In this document: positions 50,846-61,122 of the stretch, piece by piece
How positions within the stretch are numbered: the stretch's first letter is position 1
How the letters are laid out: every line of letters starts with the position of its first letter
Assembly: GCA_963674945.2 (NCBI GenBank)
Contig: CAXXWQ010000004.1
Span: 1,824,001-1,888,000 of the forward strand
Source: an uncultured Desulfosarcina sp.
GTDB taxonomy: Bacteria > Desulfobacterota > Desulfobacteria > Desulfobacterales > Desulfosarcinaceae
DNA length: 64,000 bases
Reading direction: 5' to 3'
Notes under the pieces: model-generated
Told to the model about the DNA's origin: nothing
Seen by the model: only the letters and a program-made list of their open reading frames with translations
Databases searched by the model: none
Made by a program: the position numbers and the translations under genes

Positions 50846-51388
50846 ATGATTCCTTGGGGCAGGATCGGTTTGATCGGTGTCATCGTACTCGTGATGATAA
50901 ATTGCAGCGGATCGGAATCCCTTACCAAGGGAGTCTGGACGGCCACCCCGGCATTCATACGATCCACCCGGCCGACATTGGACGTAACCATCACCCCCGG
51001 AAAGGGAAAAAATCCCTACTACGCATTTTTCAAGGTCACCATTATCAACAATGGCCAGACAGACCTTGCCATCGACTGGAATCGATGCCGGTCCCAATAT
51101 AACGGGGCCGACCAGGGGATGCTTGTGTTCGAAGGCATCGATCCAAAAGCGGTAAAAACCGCAACCATACCGCCGGACATCATTCCTGCCGGCAAATCCG
51201 CATCGCGAATCGTCATGCCCGCGACACGGATCGCATGGAACCCGATCCATGAAAAAACGGCCGAGGGGAGAGGCATCTCACCGGGAATCTTGTCCGAAGG
51301 CGAACACGGCATTCGCCTGAACCTTCTGCGGGGGGGTGACCCGGTCACGATTTCCGGGTCTTTTCACATTCGATTGGTCAAGCGCTGA
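50846..51388 (+). CDS. Putative lipoprotein, unknown function
   Basis: GAGGGG RBS; hydrophobic leader ending MINCSG. Confidence 0.65.
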   Translation: MIPWGRIGLIGVIVLVMINCSGSESLTKGVWTATPAFIRSTRPTLDVTITPGKGKNPYYAFFKVTIINNGQTDLAIDWNRCRSQYNGADQGMLVFEGIDPKAVKTATIPPDIIPAGKSASRIVMPATRIAWNPIHEKTAEGRGISPGILSEGEHGIRLNLLRGGDPVTISGSFHIRLVKR

Positions 51389-52727
51389 GCCGAGATCGCT
51401 CCCGATCGAGGATATGGTTCCCCAATCGGGTCACCAGACGCAATCCGGTTCCGGAGGAATCGGAGCGCATCACCTTCCCCGTTACCTTCACGGAGGGATG
51501 GTCGGCAAAGTCAATGCTGCCACGAAGAATTCCTTTGAGCACGTCGCCCCCACCATCCAGGCGCATACCGACCTCGCTCAGATCCAAGATGGGCATAAAC
51601 CGGCCTTCGGTGGAGAATACCGGTCCAGCACCATTGGGGTAGGTAATCCGCGGGTGCTTTCGTTTTTCATGGGCCGGATCACATCTTTTGGACACGGCGG
51701 CATCTCCTGTCGCCTCAGGAACCGATATCTTTTTTTTCTGCAGGGATGCCGTGATCTGATTCATCTCCGCCGATAAATGGGCAAATTCCGCCGCTTCGGA
51801 TATCGCCTGACGGGACGCAGGTCCGTGCCAGGTGGAACCATTGGCATGGTCCGAGGAAGACGCCGTACCTCCCTGGTCCTTGATGGGAGCCGTCCTATGC
51901 TGGAACATGGCGACCCGCTTTTTGGCTTCCACGAGGGCGTGAACCATCGTCTTGAGCCGGGCCTTCTCTTTTTCCAATCGATCCTCGGCACACACCGCCT
52001 CTGCCGCAGCCGTATCTTCTGATTTTCTTACTTTCCAGACATGGTCCCTTGCTTTGGCTGCCTGTTCTCTCGCCGTCTCGGCGGCTTGTTTTGCAGCATC
52101 GGCCCGATCTTTCGCCCGCTTGGCCACGGCCTTGGCCTCTTGACAGGCCTGTTTGGCCTCGAGTTCCAGGAGCAGTGCACGGGTCTTGGCCGATTTGGCC
52201 GCAACGACGGCATTGAAGCTCGCCTGTTTTGCCGAATCGTAGCATCGGTTGGCCTTTTCCAGGGCTTTTGCGGCAGCATCCACCTCTTCTTGAATCTCAG
52301 GAAGTGCGGACTCGGTTTCGTGAAGCCGCCGCAGGCTGATGGAAATGGCCTCTTCGATGGTCTGGTCACCAGACGAGGCAAGTGCGTCATTTACATCATC
52401 TGTTCCCCGTTCTTTTTTTGACGTGGGAAAATTGATGGTGAAATGCAAATCCTGTGATCCGGGCTTTTCGCCCCCGTCCGATGGGATCGATGGGCGTTTG
52501 CCGTCAGGAGAATCGCTGCAGTCCCGTTTGGACAGAAATGCCACGGCCTTCTCATAGGCACAGGTGAGCAGTTCGATATCCTCCTGCCGATCACCCGGGT
52601 TCCCGACCTTCGGATTCGCATGAAAGCGGTCTATCTCCCGATGAATCTTTGCATATGCCTGGTTCGCATCATCGATGGTGGCGTCCGGTGTCAGCCCTAA
52701 TAGCGTAAGGCTCGATTCCAGTTGCAT
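51378..52727 (-). CDS. J-like N-terminus, coiled coil and C-terminal PilZ domain protein
   Basis: LLGLTPDATIDDANQAY; Ala/Lys/Glu-rich coil; PilZ motifs RKHPR and DLSEVG. Confidence 0.8.
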   Translation of the reverse strand: MQLESSLTLLGLTPDATIDDANQAYAKIHREIDRFHANPKVGNPGDRQEDIELLTCAYEKAVAFLSKRDCSDSPDGKRPSIPSDGGEKPGSQDLHFTINFPTSKKERGTDDVNDALASSGDQTIEEAISISLRRLHETESALPEIQEEVDAAAKALEKANRCYDSAKQASFNAVVAAKSAKTRALLLELEAKQACQEAKAVAKRAKDRADAAKQAAETAREQAAKARDHVWKVRKSEDTAAAEAVCAEDRLEKEKARLKTMVHALVEAKKRVAMFQHRTAPIKDQGGTASSSDHANGSTWHGPASRQAISEAAEFAHLSAEMNQITASLQKKKISVPEATGDAAVSKRCDPAHEKRKHPRITYPNGAGPVFSTEGRFMPILDLSEVGMRLDGGGDVLKGILRGSIDFADHPSVKVTGKVMRSDSSGTGLRLVTRLGNHILDRERSRLSA

Positions 52728-52813
52728 ATCTTCCCTTCCCCTATAAAATACATCGCCTCCTGAAAGTGGATTCGGCGCTTACCAAATTGAATATGACCAA
52801 CTTTTTGTTGTTT

Positions 52814-52829
52814 TACAAATTCTATGCCA
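52814..52829 (-). promoter_or_regulatory. Possible sigma54 promoter for the PilZ gene
   Basis: TGGCAT-AGAAT-TTGTA versus consensus TGGCAC-N5-TTGCA (GT at -12). Confidence 0.4.
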
Positions 52830-53193
52830 ACCAAAAACAACAAAGGGATTCTATATCGATCGATCCCGAACGAAGCTTGGTACCCCAAGCCAAATCAATG
52901 ACAACTAATTAATAATTCTATAAAATCATCTATTCCTGAATGGCGTGGGAAGACATGTGCAATTTTTTTCTCGGGTCTGGTTTGTAAGGACCGCACGGAA
53001 AACTGCAGGCAGTCCATGGTGATCTTGCGTGTCAAATAGATGGCAATGGTGCCAAAGAGCCGATAAACCGTTGCAGCTGTAATTTTCCCTTTTACCGTAT
53101 ACTCCTGTTTCGTCCGATGGCCGCCGTTTTGGGACATTGTCTGGTTGTCGCGGCTTGACTTTGCGTCGGCCCTGCGGTCACGCAGCAATCTCC

Positions 53194-53223
53194 TTGACAC
53201 CGCTTAGCGCCACTGAGTATCCT
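53194..53223 (+). promoter_or_regulatory. Possible sigma70 promoter
   Basis: TTGACA-18 nt-TATCCT, 59 nt before ATG 53283. Confidence 0.5.
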
Positions 53224-53282
53224 AGCGCATTGCCCTTCCAGAAATGGTTAATTTTCCGATAGGATCGAGAAAGCGGGGATTC

Positions 53283-54635
53283 ATGAAAAGAATCCTTATT
53301 TTGGGTGCCGGCCGGGTGGCGGGTCCCGCAGTGCGGTACCTGCTGGAAAAAGGCCAAATAGAGATAACGGTAGCCGACCTTGCCATCGGCAACGCCCAGG
53401 CCATCATCGGCACACATGCCAACGCCAGGGCCATCGGAATCGATGTCAAGGACGAATCCGATCTGGTCGGCCACATCGCCACGGTCGATATCGTAATCAG
53501 CCTCCTTCCCTGGTCCTATCACCCGACCATCGCCCGTTTGTGCCTGGATCACGGCAGGCATCTCGTTACCGCCTCTTATGTTTCAGCGGAGATGACGGCG
53601 CTGGATGCAAGGGCGCGGAAAAAAGGTCTTTGTTTCCTGAACGAAGTGGGTGTCGACCCGGGCCTGGACCACATGTCGGCCATGGACGTCATCCACAAAA
53701 TTCGAAAAGACGGCGGAAAGGTCGACAGTTTCTTTTCCTATTGCGGCGGGCTGCCCGCCCTGGAAAGCAACAACAATCCCCTGGGATACAAGTTTTCGTG
53801 GAGCCCCGAAGGGGCAATGACGGCGGCCACCAACGATGGACGATACCTGGAACATGGCCGGGTGATCGAGGTTCCCGGCAGTGAATTGTTCCGACATTAC
53901 TGGCTGAAAAGCGTTCCGGGAGCCGGTGTCTTCGAGGCCTATGTCAATCGGGATGCCCTGCCCTATCTTTCGATCTACGGCATCGAAAAAGCGTCCGGCA
54001 TCTACCGTGGCACCCTTCGGAACATCGGATACTGTGAAACCTGGGATTTTCTCAGACAATTGGGTCTGCTCAACCGGAAGATGATGTTCGACTTCAACGA
54101 ACTCTCCCCGCGAGAGGTACTCGCCAACATCGTCAACTGCCCTGTCAAAGACCTCCGCGCCGGGATCGCCGCCTATCTCAAAATTCCCGAATACGCCCTT
54201 ACCCTCAAAAAACTCGAGTGGCTGGGGCTGCTCTCCAATCGAAAGCTGCTCATCGGCACGGCATCGGTGTTCGACATGTTGGCCCACACCCTCAAACACC
54301 GGCTGACCTATGAAAAAGGAGAGATGGATCTTTTGGTCATGCACCATGAATTCGAGGCAATCTATCCAAACTTGCCCCGCCAACGCATCCAGTCCACCCT
54401 CATCGACAGGGGGTCGCCCGATAAGGAGAGTTCCATGGCACGGACCGTGGGATACCCTGTAGGCATCGCAGCCGGACTTCTGGCCGATGGGAAAATCGAT
54501 CAAACGGGGGTGGTGAGACCGGTGCACCGGCAAATCTACGCACCGATCCTAAACGAGTGCCGGCGTCTTGGCATTCGATTCCAAAAGCGCCGATCGGATT
54601 TTGAAACGGACGAGCCAAGCTATTGGGGGGATTAA
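53283..54635 (+). CDS. Saccharopine dehydrogenase (Lys9/AASS-SDH type)
   Basis: ILILGAGRV, VTASY, NEVGVDPGLDHMSAM, SYCGGLP..NPLGYKFSWSP, YRGTLR, MARTVGYP. Confidence 0.9.
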   Translation: MKRILILGAGRVAGPAVRYLLEKGQIEITVADLAIGNAQAIIGTHANARAIGIDVKDESDLVGHIATVDIVISLLPWSYHPTIARLCLDHGRHLVTASYVSAEMTALDARARKKGLCFLNEVGVDPGLDHMSAMDVIHKIRKDGGKVDSFFSYCGGLPALESNNNPLGYKFSWSPEGAMTAATNDGRYLEHGRVIEVPGSELFRHYWLKSVPGAGVFEAYVNRDALPYLSIYGIEKASGIYRGTLRNIGYCETWDFLRQLGLLNRKMMFDFNELSPREVLANIVNCPVKDLRAGIAAYLKIPEYALTLKKLEWLGLLSNRKLLIGTASVFDMLAHTLKHRLTYEKGEMDLLVMHHEFEAIYPNLPRQRIQSTLIDRGSPDKESSMARTVGYPVGIAAGLLADGKIDQTGVVRPVHRQIYAPILNECRRLGIRFQKRRSDFETDEPSYWGD

Positions 54636-54638
54636 AAG

Positions 54639-55961
54639 ATGGTTAAGCAATTGTTGATCCGCGCCGAAGAAATACAACGCCGGGAACGCCGAACCCCCAT
54701 CACGCCCTCAGACCTTGGCCGGATCATGACGGCCACCGGTGCTCGGACATTCGTACAGCATTCGGACAATCGCATTTTTACCGACGCGGCCTATGCATCC
54801 GTCGGGGCGTCCCTTTGCCGGGACATGGAGGAAGGGGAAATCGTATTGGGAATCAAGGAGATTCCTGCGGAAAAAATCGTACCGGGAAAAACCTACCTTT
54901 TTTTCTCCCACACCGTCAAAGGGCAGGCACACAATATGCCCCTGCTGCAAAAGATCATCCATAGCGAATCCACCCTTATCGATTACGAGAAAATCACCGA
55001 CGAAAAGGGTCGGCGGGCCCTCTATTTCGGCCCCTACGCCGGGCACGCCGGTACCCTGGACATCCTCTCGCTTATGGGTGCGCAGTGGGCCGACCAAGGC
55101 ATCCGGACTCCGCTGGCCGAAGTACGCCGGGCGCACCAATACGGATCAGTGGCGGCTGCCAAGGCCCATATGACCGAAATCAGTGAAAAAATTCAAAATG
55201 ACGGCTTTGCTCCGGAACTTTCACCGCTTACCGTCGGTATCCTGGGCTATGGCAATGTTTCGTCCGGTGCACAAGAGATACTGGACTGCCTGCCAACCCG
55301 TCGGGTCCCTCCGGAGGACCTCGAAGAACTGACAAAAAAAAGGCCCATTGACAGGCACCGGGTCTTCGTGTCCGTTTTCAAGGAGAAAGACCTGGTCCGG
55401 CCCAAGGATCGGACAGAGGCCTTTTCTCTCTCCACGTATCTGAAGCAACCGGAACGCTACGAAAGCCGATTCGAACCCTATCTTTCTCATCTGACCCTTC
55501 TGATCAACGCGGTATACTGGGAAAGCCGGTACCCCCGGTTCGTCACCTGGAAAAACCTGCGGGAGATGGCCCATGGTTCGGCGCGTCCGAAACTGAACGC
55601 CATTGCCGACATCAGTTGCGACATCGAAGGCGCAATCCAGTGCACCGTCCGCTCTACCAACAGCGATGATCCGGCCTATCGGGTGGATCCGAAAACGGAA
55701 ACCATCGAAGACGGTCATTTGGGAGACGGCATTCTCCTCCTGGCCGTGGACAATCTGCCGAGTGAACTCCCCATGGACGCCTCTACCTTTTTCAGCCGTC
55801 AATTGCACCCGTTGGTAACGGGATTGCTGATGGCCGATACGACGGGACCGATCACAGAATCCGGCCTCTCCGAACAGATTCAACGGGCCACCATCGTCTA
55901 CAACGGTCGGCTGACCGAACCCTATGCATATCTTAATGCCTATCTTACACAGAAACGGTGA
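54639..55961 (+). CDS. Lysine-ketoglutarate reductase-like protein (AlaDH/PNT superfamily)
   Basis: ERRTPITP, GIKE, FFSHTVKGQAHNMPLL, LIDYEKI, GYGNVSSGAQEI, DISCD, VDNLPSELP. Confidence 0.85.
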   Translation: MVKQLLIRAEEIQRRERRTPITPSDLGRIMTATGARTFVQHSDNRIFTDAAYASVGASLCRDMEEGEIVLGIKEIPAEKIVPGKTYLFFSHTVKGQAHNMPLLQKIIHSESTLIDYEKITDEKGRRALYFGPYAGHAGTLDILSLMGAQWADQGIRTPLAEVRRAHQYGSVAAAKAHMTEISEKIQNDGFAPELSPLTVGILGYGNVSSGAQEILDCLPTRRVPPEDLEELTKKRPIDRHRVFVSVFKEKDLVRPKDRTEAFSLSTYLKQPERYESRFEPYLSHLTLLINAVYWESRYPRFVTWKNLREMAHGSARPKLNAIADISCDIEGAIQCTVRSTNSDDPAYRVDPKTETIEDGHLGDGILLLAVDNLPSELPMDASTFFSRQLHPLVTGLLMADTTGPITESGLSEQIQRATIVYNGRLTEPYAYLNAYLTQKR

Positions 55962-56036
55962 GTAGAGTTCTGTCGGTACAATTGCCTTGACTTGGCTACA
56001 AGTCGAAGATAATAAAAGCAATAAAGACGGCTTCGG

Positions 56037-56135
56037 AAAAAGCTTTTCCAGGCCAACGGTTGGCCAAACAACGATGTATGCAGGAACTCATTTTTCCATT
56101 GTGTTGCCGATGGAGGAAAAGGGAAAAGCGTTTTA
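56037..56135 (+). repeat. Dispersed structured intergenic element, copy B
   Basis: Close match to the reverse complement of 8594-8691; closed by GCTTTTCC/GGAAAAGC. Confidence 0.8.
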
Positions 56136-56289
56136 TAATTTTTATAAAAAGTCTCTTCTGCATCGAATGGACGCACGAGTTCCCATAAGTTCGAAACCCG
56201 GCGCGTTACAAATTCATCAAAAGAATTAATGACACACTTTTTGCAAATATCCCAAACTCTATATTGATACAACAAACCAGGAGGGCTGA

Positions 56290-58389
56290 ATGACGGAATC
56301 ATCCCCTATCCGACTCGATAAGCTAATCGAACATCCAGCCGTCGCCGACGCTATCTCCGATGTGAACCAGGAACTAAAGGAGAGAAATGCCTACCGTCCC
56401 CCGATGTGTGATGTGTTCGAAAACGAATTTACCCGCCTTGTAACCGATTCCAACTACACATTCGAAATCGACAAGGAGTCCCATCGACGGCTTCCGAACA
56501 TCATTGACAACATGGTTCAGCGAATAGAAAGTAACAACGATCCCGATGAAGCGGAGAAAGAGGAATACAACAAGGCCCGCAACATCGGCGTCGTCTTCTC
56601 CGGTGGTCCGGCACCAGGCGGCCATAATGTGATCGCCGGTATTTTCGATGCGGCCAAGAGGGCCAACCCCAGATCGCGGATCCTTGGTTTTCTCATGGGA
56701 CCCGATGGCATCATCGAAGGGGATTGGGTCGAACTGGATGAAACGGTGGTGGATCAGTACAGAAACATCGGCGGATTCACCATGATCAAAACCGGCCGGA
56801 CCAAAATCGACAATGAAAAAAAGATGTCCTTATCCCGCAAGACCTGCAAGGATTTGAAGCTGGATGCACTGGTGGTGGTGGGAGGGGATGACTCGAATAC
56901 AAACGCCGCTTTCCTGGCCCAGGAGATGTTCGAAGACGGCATCCAGGTTATCGGTGTTCCCAAGACCATCGACGGTGACATCCAGGTCCGTGATGCTGCG
57001 GGCGCGGTACTTTGCGCCATGTCCTTCGGGTTTCATACCGCCGCACGGGCATTTTCCCAGGCCATTGCCAACCTTTGCACCGATGCCAGCAGCGATGTCA
57101 AGTATTGGCATGTGTGCAAGGTGATGGGACGTGTTGCCAGCCATCTGGCACTGGAGGTGGCCCTTCAGACCCACGCAAACATGACCCTGATCGGGGAAGA
57201 CCTTGCCGACTACGTGGACCTTGACCGCCTGGAAAAAGCCAAAGAGACGAAGGTGGTGGATTACACCGCCTATGGCATGACGTTGCGACACCTTTCCCGC
57301 GTGATCTGCGATGCCATCATGGATCGGGCGAAGGTGGGGAAAAACTACGGCGTGCTTGTGATACCGGAGGGAGTACTGGAATTCATCAACGAAATCCAGG
57401 TGTTTATCATCAAGCTTAACACCATCATCGCCGACTACAACAAAATGCATGACCAGGACTTTCACACCGCCTTTCCCAACCTGTACGACAAGCAGGAGTA
57501 CCTGCGGCGGTTGGTCCGGGGTATCCGTGAGGATGTCTCCCACAACGTGTGGAATGCCCGGGACGACGAATTGTTCAACGACATTCCGGAATTTTTTCAA
57601 GAGGGATTGCTCACCGAACGGGACAGCCACGGGAATTTTCAATTCTCCCAGGTCAAGACGGAACAGGTGCTGCTGGATCTGGTGAAAGACTATCTCGGCA
57701 TCCTGAGAGAAAAAGGCGACTATAAGATCGGCATCGAAAACGCCCAGTTCGTGAAAACCATGACCAAGGGTGGGCTGGATCCGGACATTTACGGTCCCAT
57801 CCTCTTCGAAAACTGGAACAAAGCCCAATACCTTTTCATCAAACGGACCGTCATCAGCAATAAGACGCTGAAGGCGGCCCTGGTCGATGCGGGTTTCTTG
57901 GGCAAAGAAGACGATATCCCGGCTCCCGTGAAAAAGATCTATGAACAATCCGTCCCGAAATTCAAGACCCAGGCTCACTTTTACGGTTACGACGGCAGAG
58001 GCAGCGACCCAACCCGTTTCGACTGTATCTACACCTACAATCTGGGAATGACCGTATTTCATTTGATTGCAAACGGCGCCACCGGCCAGATGGCCGCCAT
58101 CTTGAATCTCGAGAAAGAGTTTGCCGATTGGCGCCCCATCGGCATTCCCATTGCGCCGCTCATGCACCTGGAAGAGCGAAAGGGCAAACTGGAGCTGGTT
58201 CTGGAAAAAAGCGTCGTGGATGTCAGCGCCCCTGCTTTCCGGGTGGTCAAGATGTTGCGCGACAAGTGGCTGGCCGCCACACCCGGTGAGGATCACTACC
58301 GCCACCCGGGTCCCATCCGGTTTACCGGCAGCAGTGAAGAGGACCGTCCCATTACGCTCTTGTTAAACGCCATGGGAAACCATTGTTAA
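56290..58389 (+). CDS. pfp: Pyrophosphate-dependent phosphofructokinase
   Basis: SGGPAPGGHNVI, GGDDSNTN, PKTIDGD, MGR. Confidence 0.88.
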   Translation: MTESSPIRLDKLIEHPAVADAISDVNQELKERNAYRPPMCDVFENEFTRLVTDSNYTFEIDKESHRRLPNIIDNMVQRIESNNDPDEAEKEEYNKARNIGVVFSGGPAPGGHNVIAGIFDAAKRANPRSRILGFLMGPDGIIEGDWVELDETVVDQYRNIGGFTMIKTGRTKIDNEKKMSLSRKTCKDLKLDALVVVGGDDSNTNAAFLAQEMFEDGIQVIGVPKTIDGDIQVRDAAGAVLCAMSFGFHTAARAFSQAIANLCTDASSDVKYWHVCKVMGRVASHLALEVALQTHANMTLIGEDLADYVDLDRLEKAKETKVVDYTAYGMTLRHLSRVICDAIMDRAKVGKNYGVLVIPEGVLEFINEIQVFIIKLNTIIADYNKMHDQDFHTAFPNLYDKQEYLRRLVRGIREDVSHNVWNARDDELFNDIPEFFQEGLLTERDSHGNFQFSQVKTEQVLLDLVKDYLGILREKGDYKIGIENAQFVKTMTKGGLDPDIYGPILFENWNKAQYLFIKRTVISNKTLKAALVDAGFLGKEDDIPAPVKKIYEQSVPKFKTQAHFYGYDGRGSDPTRFDCIYTYNLGMTVFHLIANGATGQMAAILNLEKEFADWRPIGIPIAPLMHLEERKGKLELVLEKSVVDVSAPAFRVVKMLRDKWLAATPGEDHYRHPGPIRFTGSSEEDRPITLLLNAMGNHC

Positions 58390-58410
58390 ATGTTTGAGAA
58401 AGGAAATGAC

Positions 58411-59013
58411 ATGTACAGACACCACGAAAAACGATACCACTGCGTTGCCCTTGCGATTGTGTTCGCCCTGTTTGCCGGGACGGCGTTCGCCGACGACATC
58501 GTTACCTCCATCAATGAAGCCCTGGAATACTATAAAAATGGTGATTATACCGAGGCCGTTTCGAATCTCAACTATGCCGCCCAGTTGATCCAGCAGAAAA
58601 AAGGCGGCAGCCTGGAATCGTTTCTGCCAAAACCCCTATCGGGCTGGAGCGCCGAAGATGCCTCCTCCCAGGCGGCCGGAGCGGGAATGTTCGGTGGGGT
58701 CACCGCCCAGCGGGAGTACCGGAAGGGAGACAGTTCCGTTTCGGTTACCATCATTACCGACTCCCCCATGCTCCAGGGGATGATGGTCATGTTTTCCAAT
58801 CCCATGTTCGCCACCTCGGACGGCGGCAAACTGGAAAAGATCAACAAGCAAAAAGCCATCGTAAAATATCAGCCATCGGAAAAGGAGGGAGAGATACAGA
58901 TCATGGTGGCCAGCCGTTTCCTGGTGACCGTTGAGGGAAGGGATGTCACGAAAGCGGAGCTGAACCAATACGCCGAAGCCATCGACTTTGATAAGTTGGC
59001 AGAACTTCCGTAA
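58411..59013 (+). CDS. Exported hypothetical protein
   Basis: Signal peptide ending AFA-DD; AAGGAA RBS. Confidence 0.8.
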   Translation: MYRHHEKRYHCVALAIVFALFAGTAFADDIVTSINEALEYYKNGDYTEAVSNLNYAAQLIQQKKGGSLESFLPKPLSGWSAEDASSQAAGAGMFGGVTAQREYRKGDSSVSVTIITDSPMLQGMMVMFSNPMFATSDGGKLEKINKQKAIVKYQPSEKEGEIQIMVASRFLVTVEGRDVTKAELNQYAEAIDFDKLAELP

Positions 59014-59054
59014 TCTTGAAGAAAAAATCTGCACACTTCAATAAGGAGCGAATC

Positions 59055-60302
59055 ATGATCAAACATGCAGCGAAGTTCACTCTCTTGCCAATGGCCATCG
59101 CGGCGGCAATGCTTTTTATCGGTTGCCAGACCATGGATGTCTTGAAAGCGGATCTGATGATCACGCAGGAAAAATACAGTGACGCCATTCCGTTGCTGGA
59201 GAGCTATGTGGCACAGAAGCCAACTGCCATCACCGAAAAAAGCAAGCTCGGTTTCGCCTATCTGAAAACCGGCCGTATCGACGAGGCCATCTCTACCTTT
59301 GCGGCAGTCCTCGAGATGCAGCCAAACGAGCCATATTCGACCCTCTACCTTGGCCTCGCCTACCTGAACAAGGGGCAATATGACAAGGCGATCGTTACCT
59401 GGCAGGCCTATACGGACGACACGAAGCCGCTGGTGGAGGCAGAAGTGAAGCGATTGACCACGCTCGTCCAGATCGCCGAGAGCCAGCGGGCTGCAAAAGA
59501 GGCCATCGCCAACGAAAAGAAAACGAGTGCCTTGCCGTTGGACGACAATACGGTCGCGGTCTTTTACTATAAAGACCTCACCCGGAACGGAGAACTGAAA
59601 GGGTTCGAAAAAGGCCTGGCCGCCATGGTGATCACCGATCTTTCCAAGATCCAATCGCTGCAGGTGGTGGAACGGCTTCGCATGCAGGCCCTTTTGCAGG
59701 AAATGAAGCTGGGGCAAACGGGTATCGTGTCCCCCGATACGGCACCTCGCATCGGCCGGTTGATCGGCGCCGAGAACCTGGTGGTGGGGACCATGGCCGG
59801 GAAAATTCAAGTATCCACCACACTTGCCTCCGCCAACACACGTTCCATCAAAGGAACCACGACGGCGAATGTCGACAAGACCGCCTTTTTCGAAATTCCC
59901 AGTGGAATCGCACTGGACGCGGCGAAAATCATGGGAATCGCGCTGACCGATCAGGAGCGTCAAGCCATCGGAACCCCGCAAACGAAAAGTTACGCGGCGG
60001 TTGTGCACTACGGAATGGCCTTGGATGCCCTGGATGCCGGGAAATGGGAGGATGCCCAAAACCTGTTTGCCATGGCGCTCCAAGCGGACCCGCAATTCGA
60101 GCTGGCCCAAAAGGGATTGGAGAGATGTCCCGGTGGTGGATCGCCGAGCACAGGCCAGTTGGGCAACATGACATCATCGCAACTGTCCGAAATGGCGGAC
60201 AAGGCCATCGAAGAAGCGATGACGAGTCAGGCCAAGTCCGATCAAGAGGAAGCCGAGACGACTGCTGGCGGCGGTGGCGGCGGTGGTGGCGGCGGCCATT
60301 GA
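59055..60302 (+). CDS. TPR lipoprotein with CsgG/TolB-N-like domain and poly-Gly tail
   Basis: AAGGAG RBS; lipobox FIGC; TPR repeats LGFAY/LGLAY; VAVFYY..LQVVER..LLQEMKL..IGRLIGA. Confidence 0.8.
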   Translation: MIKHAAKFTLLPMAIAAAMLFIGCQTMDVLKADLMITQEKYSDAIPLLESYVAQKPTAITEKSKLGFAYLKTGRIDEAISTFAAVLEMQPNEPYSTLYLGLAYLNKGQYDKAIVTWQAYTDDTKPLVEAEVKRLTTLVQIAESQRAAKEAIANEKKTSALPLDDNTVAVFYYKDLTRNGELKGFEKGLAAMVITDLSKIQSLQVVERLRMQALLQEMKLGQTGIVSPDTAPRIGRLIGAENLVVGTMAGKIQVSTTLASANTRSIKGTTTANVDKTAFFEIPSGIALDAAKIMGIALTDQERQAIGTPQTKSYAAVVHYGMALDALDAGKWEDAQNLFAMALQADPQFELAQKGLERCPGGGSPSTGQLGNMTSSQLSEMADKAIEEAMTSQAKSDQEEAETTAGGGGGGGGGGH

Positions 60303-60384
60303 TCGCCCCCACGAAATCTTGCGTTTCAATCCAGAACAGGAATATAGGCGCCTGGTCGAAAACCTTCATATGAGAAAAACGGAT

Positions 60385-61122
60385 ATGAACGAAATCAACT
60401 TCGTCCGTTGGTTGGCCGCATACTTGGCTTTGTTGGTCCTTCTCACGGGATGTCAGACGGCTTCCGAAACCGTCAAACCTGAAAGGGAAAAAGATGCCGT
60501 CACCATGGGAAAGACGGGCGTTCAGGCGCCCAAAACCCTGGCAATCTTTCCTTTTGAAAACAACTCCGTTACCGATCCTGCGCAATATGATCCCTTACGC
60601 AAGGGGCTTTGCGCCATGCTCATCACCGATCTGAACAAGAGTGGAAGCACCCTCAAACTCATCGAGAGAAGCAAAATCGAGTCGCTGTTAAAGGAAATTG
60701 CCCTGGGCCAGGCCGGGGGCATAGACGAGTCGACGGCTGTTCAAGTGGGGAAGATCCTGGGGGCACAGAGCATCGCTTTCGGGTCCTTCATGGTGCTGGG
60801 GACCCAGGTTCGTATGGACGTGCGGGTCATCAAGGTGGAAACCAGCGAACTGATCGTATCCGAATCCATCACCGGCAGCAGCGATGACTTCATGGCACTG
60901 GAGACCCAACTGGCGGAAAAGATCGCCAAATCCCTTCGCGTTGCATTCATTCCTGCAACAATGGGATCGGCAAGCGACATGAATGCGGCGCTGGTGTTCT
61001 CCCAGGGGCTGGATGCCCTCGACCGGGGAGACCGGGACGAAGCGGATCGGTTGTTTGCAAAAACCATTGAACTGGACCCCGCTTTTCAATCGCGGGTAGA
61101 GGCCATTAAAGGCGTACAATGA
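60385..61122 (+). CDS. CsgG/TolB-N-like lipoprotein with C-terminal TPR
   Basis: Lipobox LTGC; LAIFPFEN..LIERSKIE.LLKE..AVQVGKILGA..DVRVIKVET. Confidence 0.8.
   Translation: MNEINFVRWLAAYLALLVLLTGCQTASETVKPEREKDAVTMGKTGVQAPKTLAIFPFENNSVTDPAQYDPLRKGLCAMLITDLNKSGSTLKLIERSKIESLLKEIALGQAGGIDESTAVQVGKILGAQSIAFGSFMVLGTQVRMDVRVIKVETSELIVSESITGSSDDFMALETQLAEKIAKSLRVAFIPATMGSASDMNAALVFSQGLDALDRGDRDEADRLFAKTIELDPAFQSRVEAIKGVQ

Noticed and set aside
52895..53200. 101-aa ORF in the PilZ-SDH intergenic region
   Set aside because: No clear RBS or motifs, and it overlaps the predicted divergent promoter.
56037..56135. c-di-GMP-I riboswitch
   Set aside because: GGCCAAAC and TTGCCGATGG are reminiscent, but the GAAA tetraloop stem and GACGCAAA core are absent.
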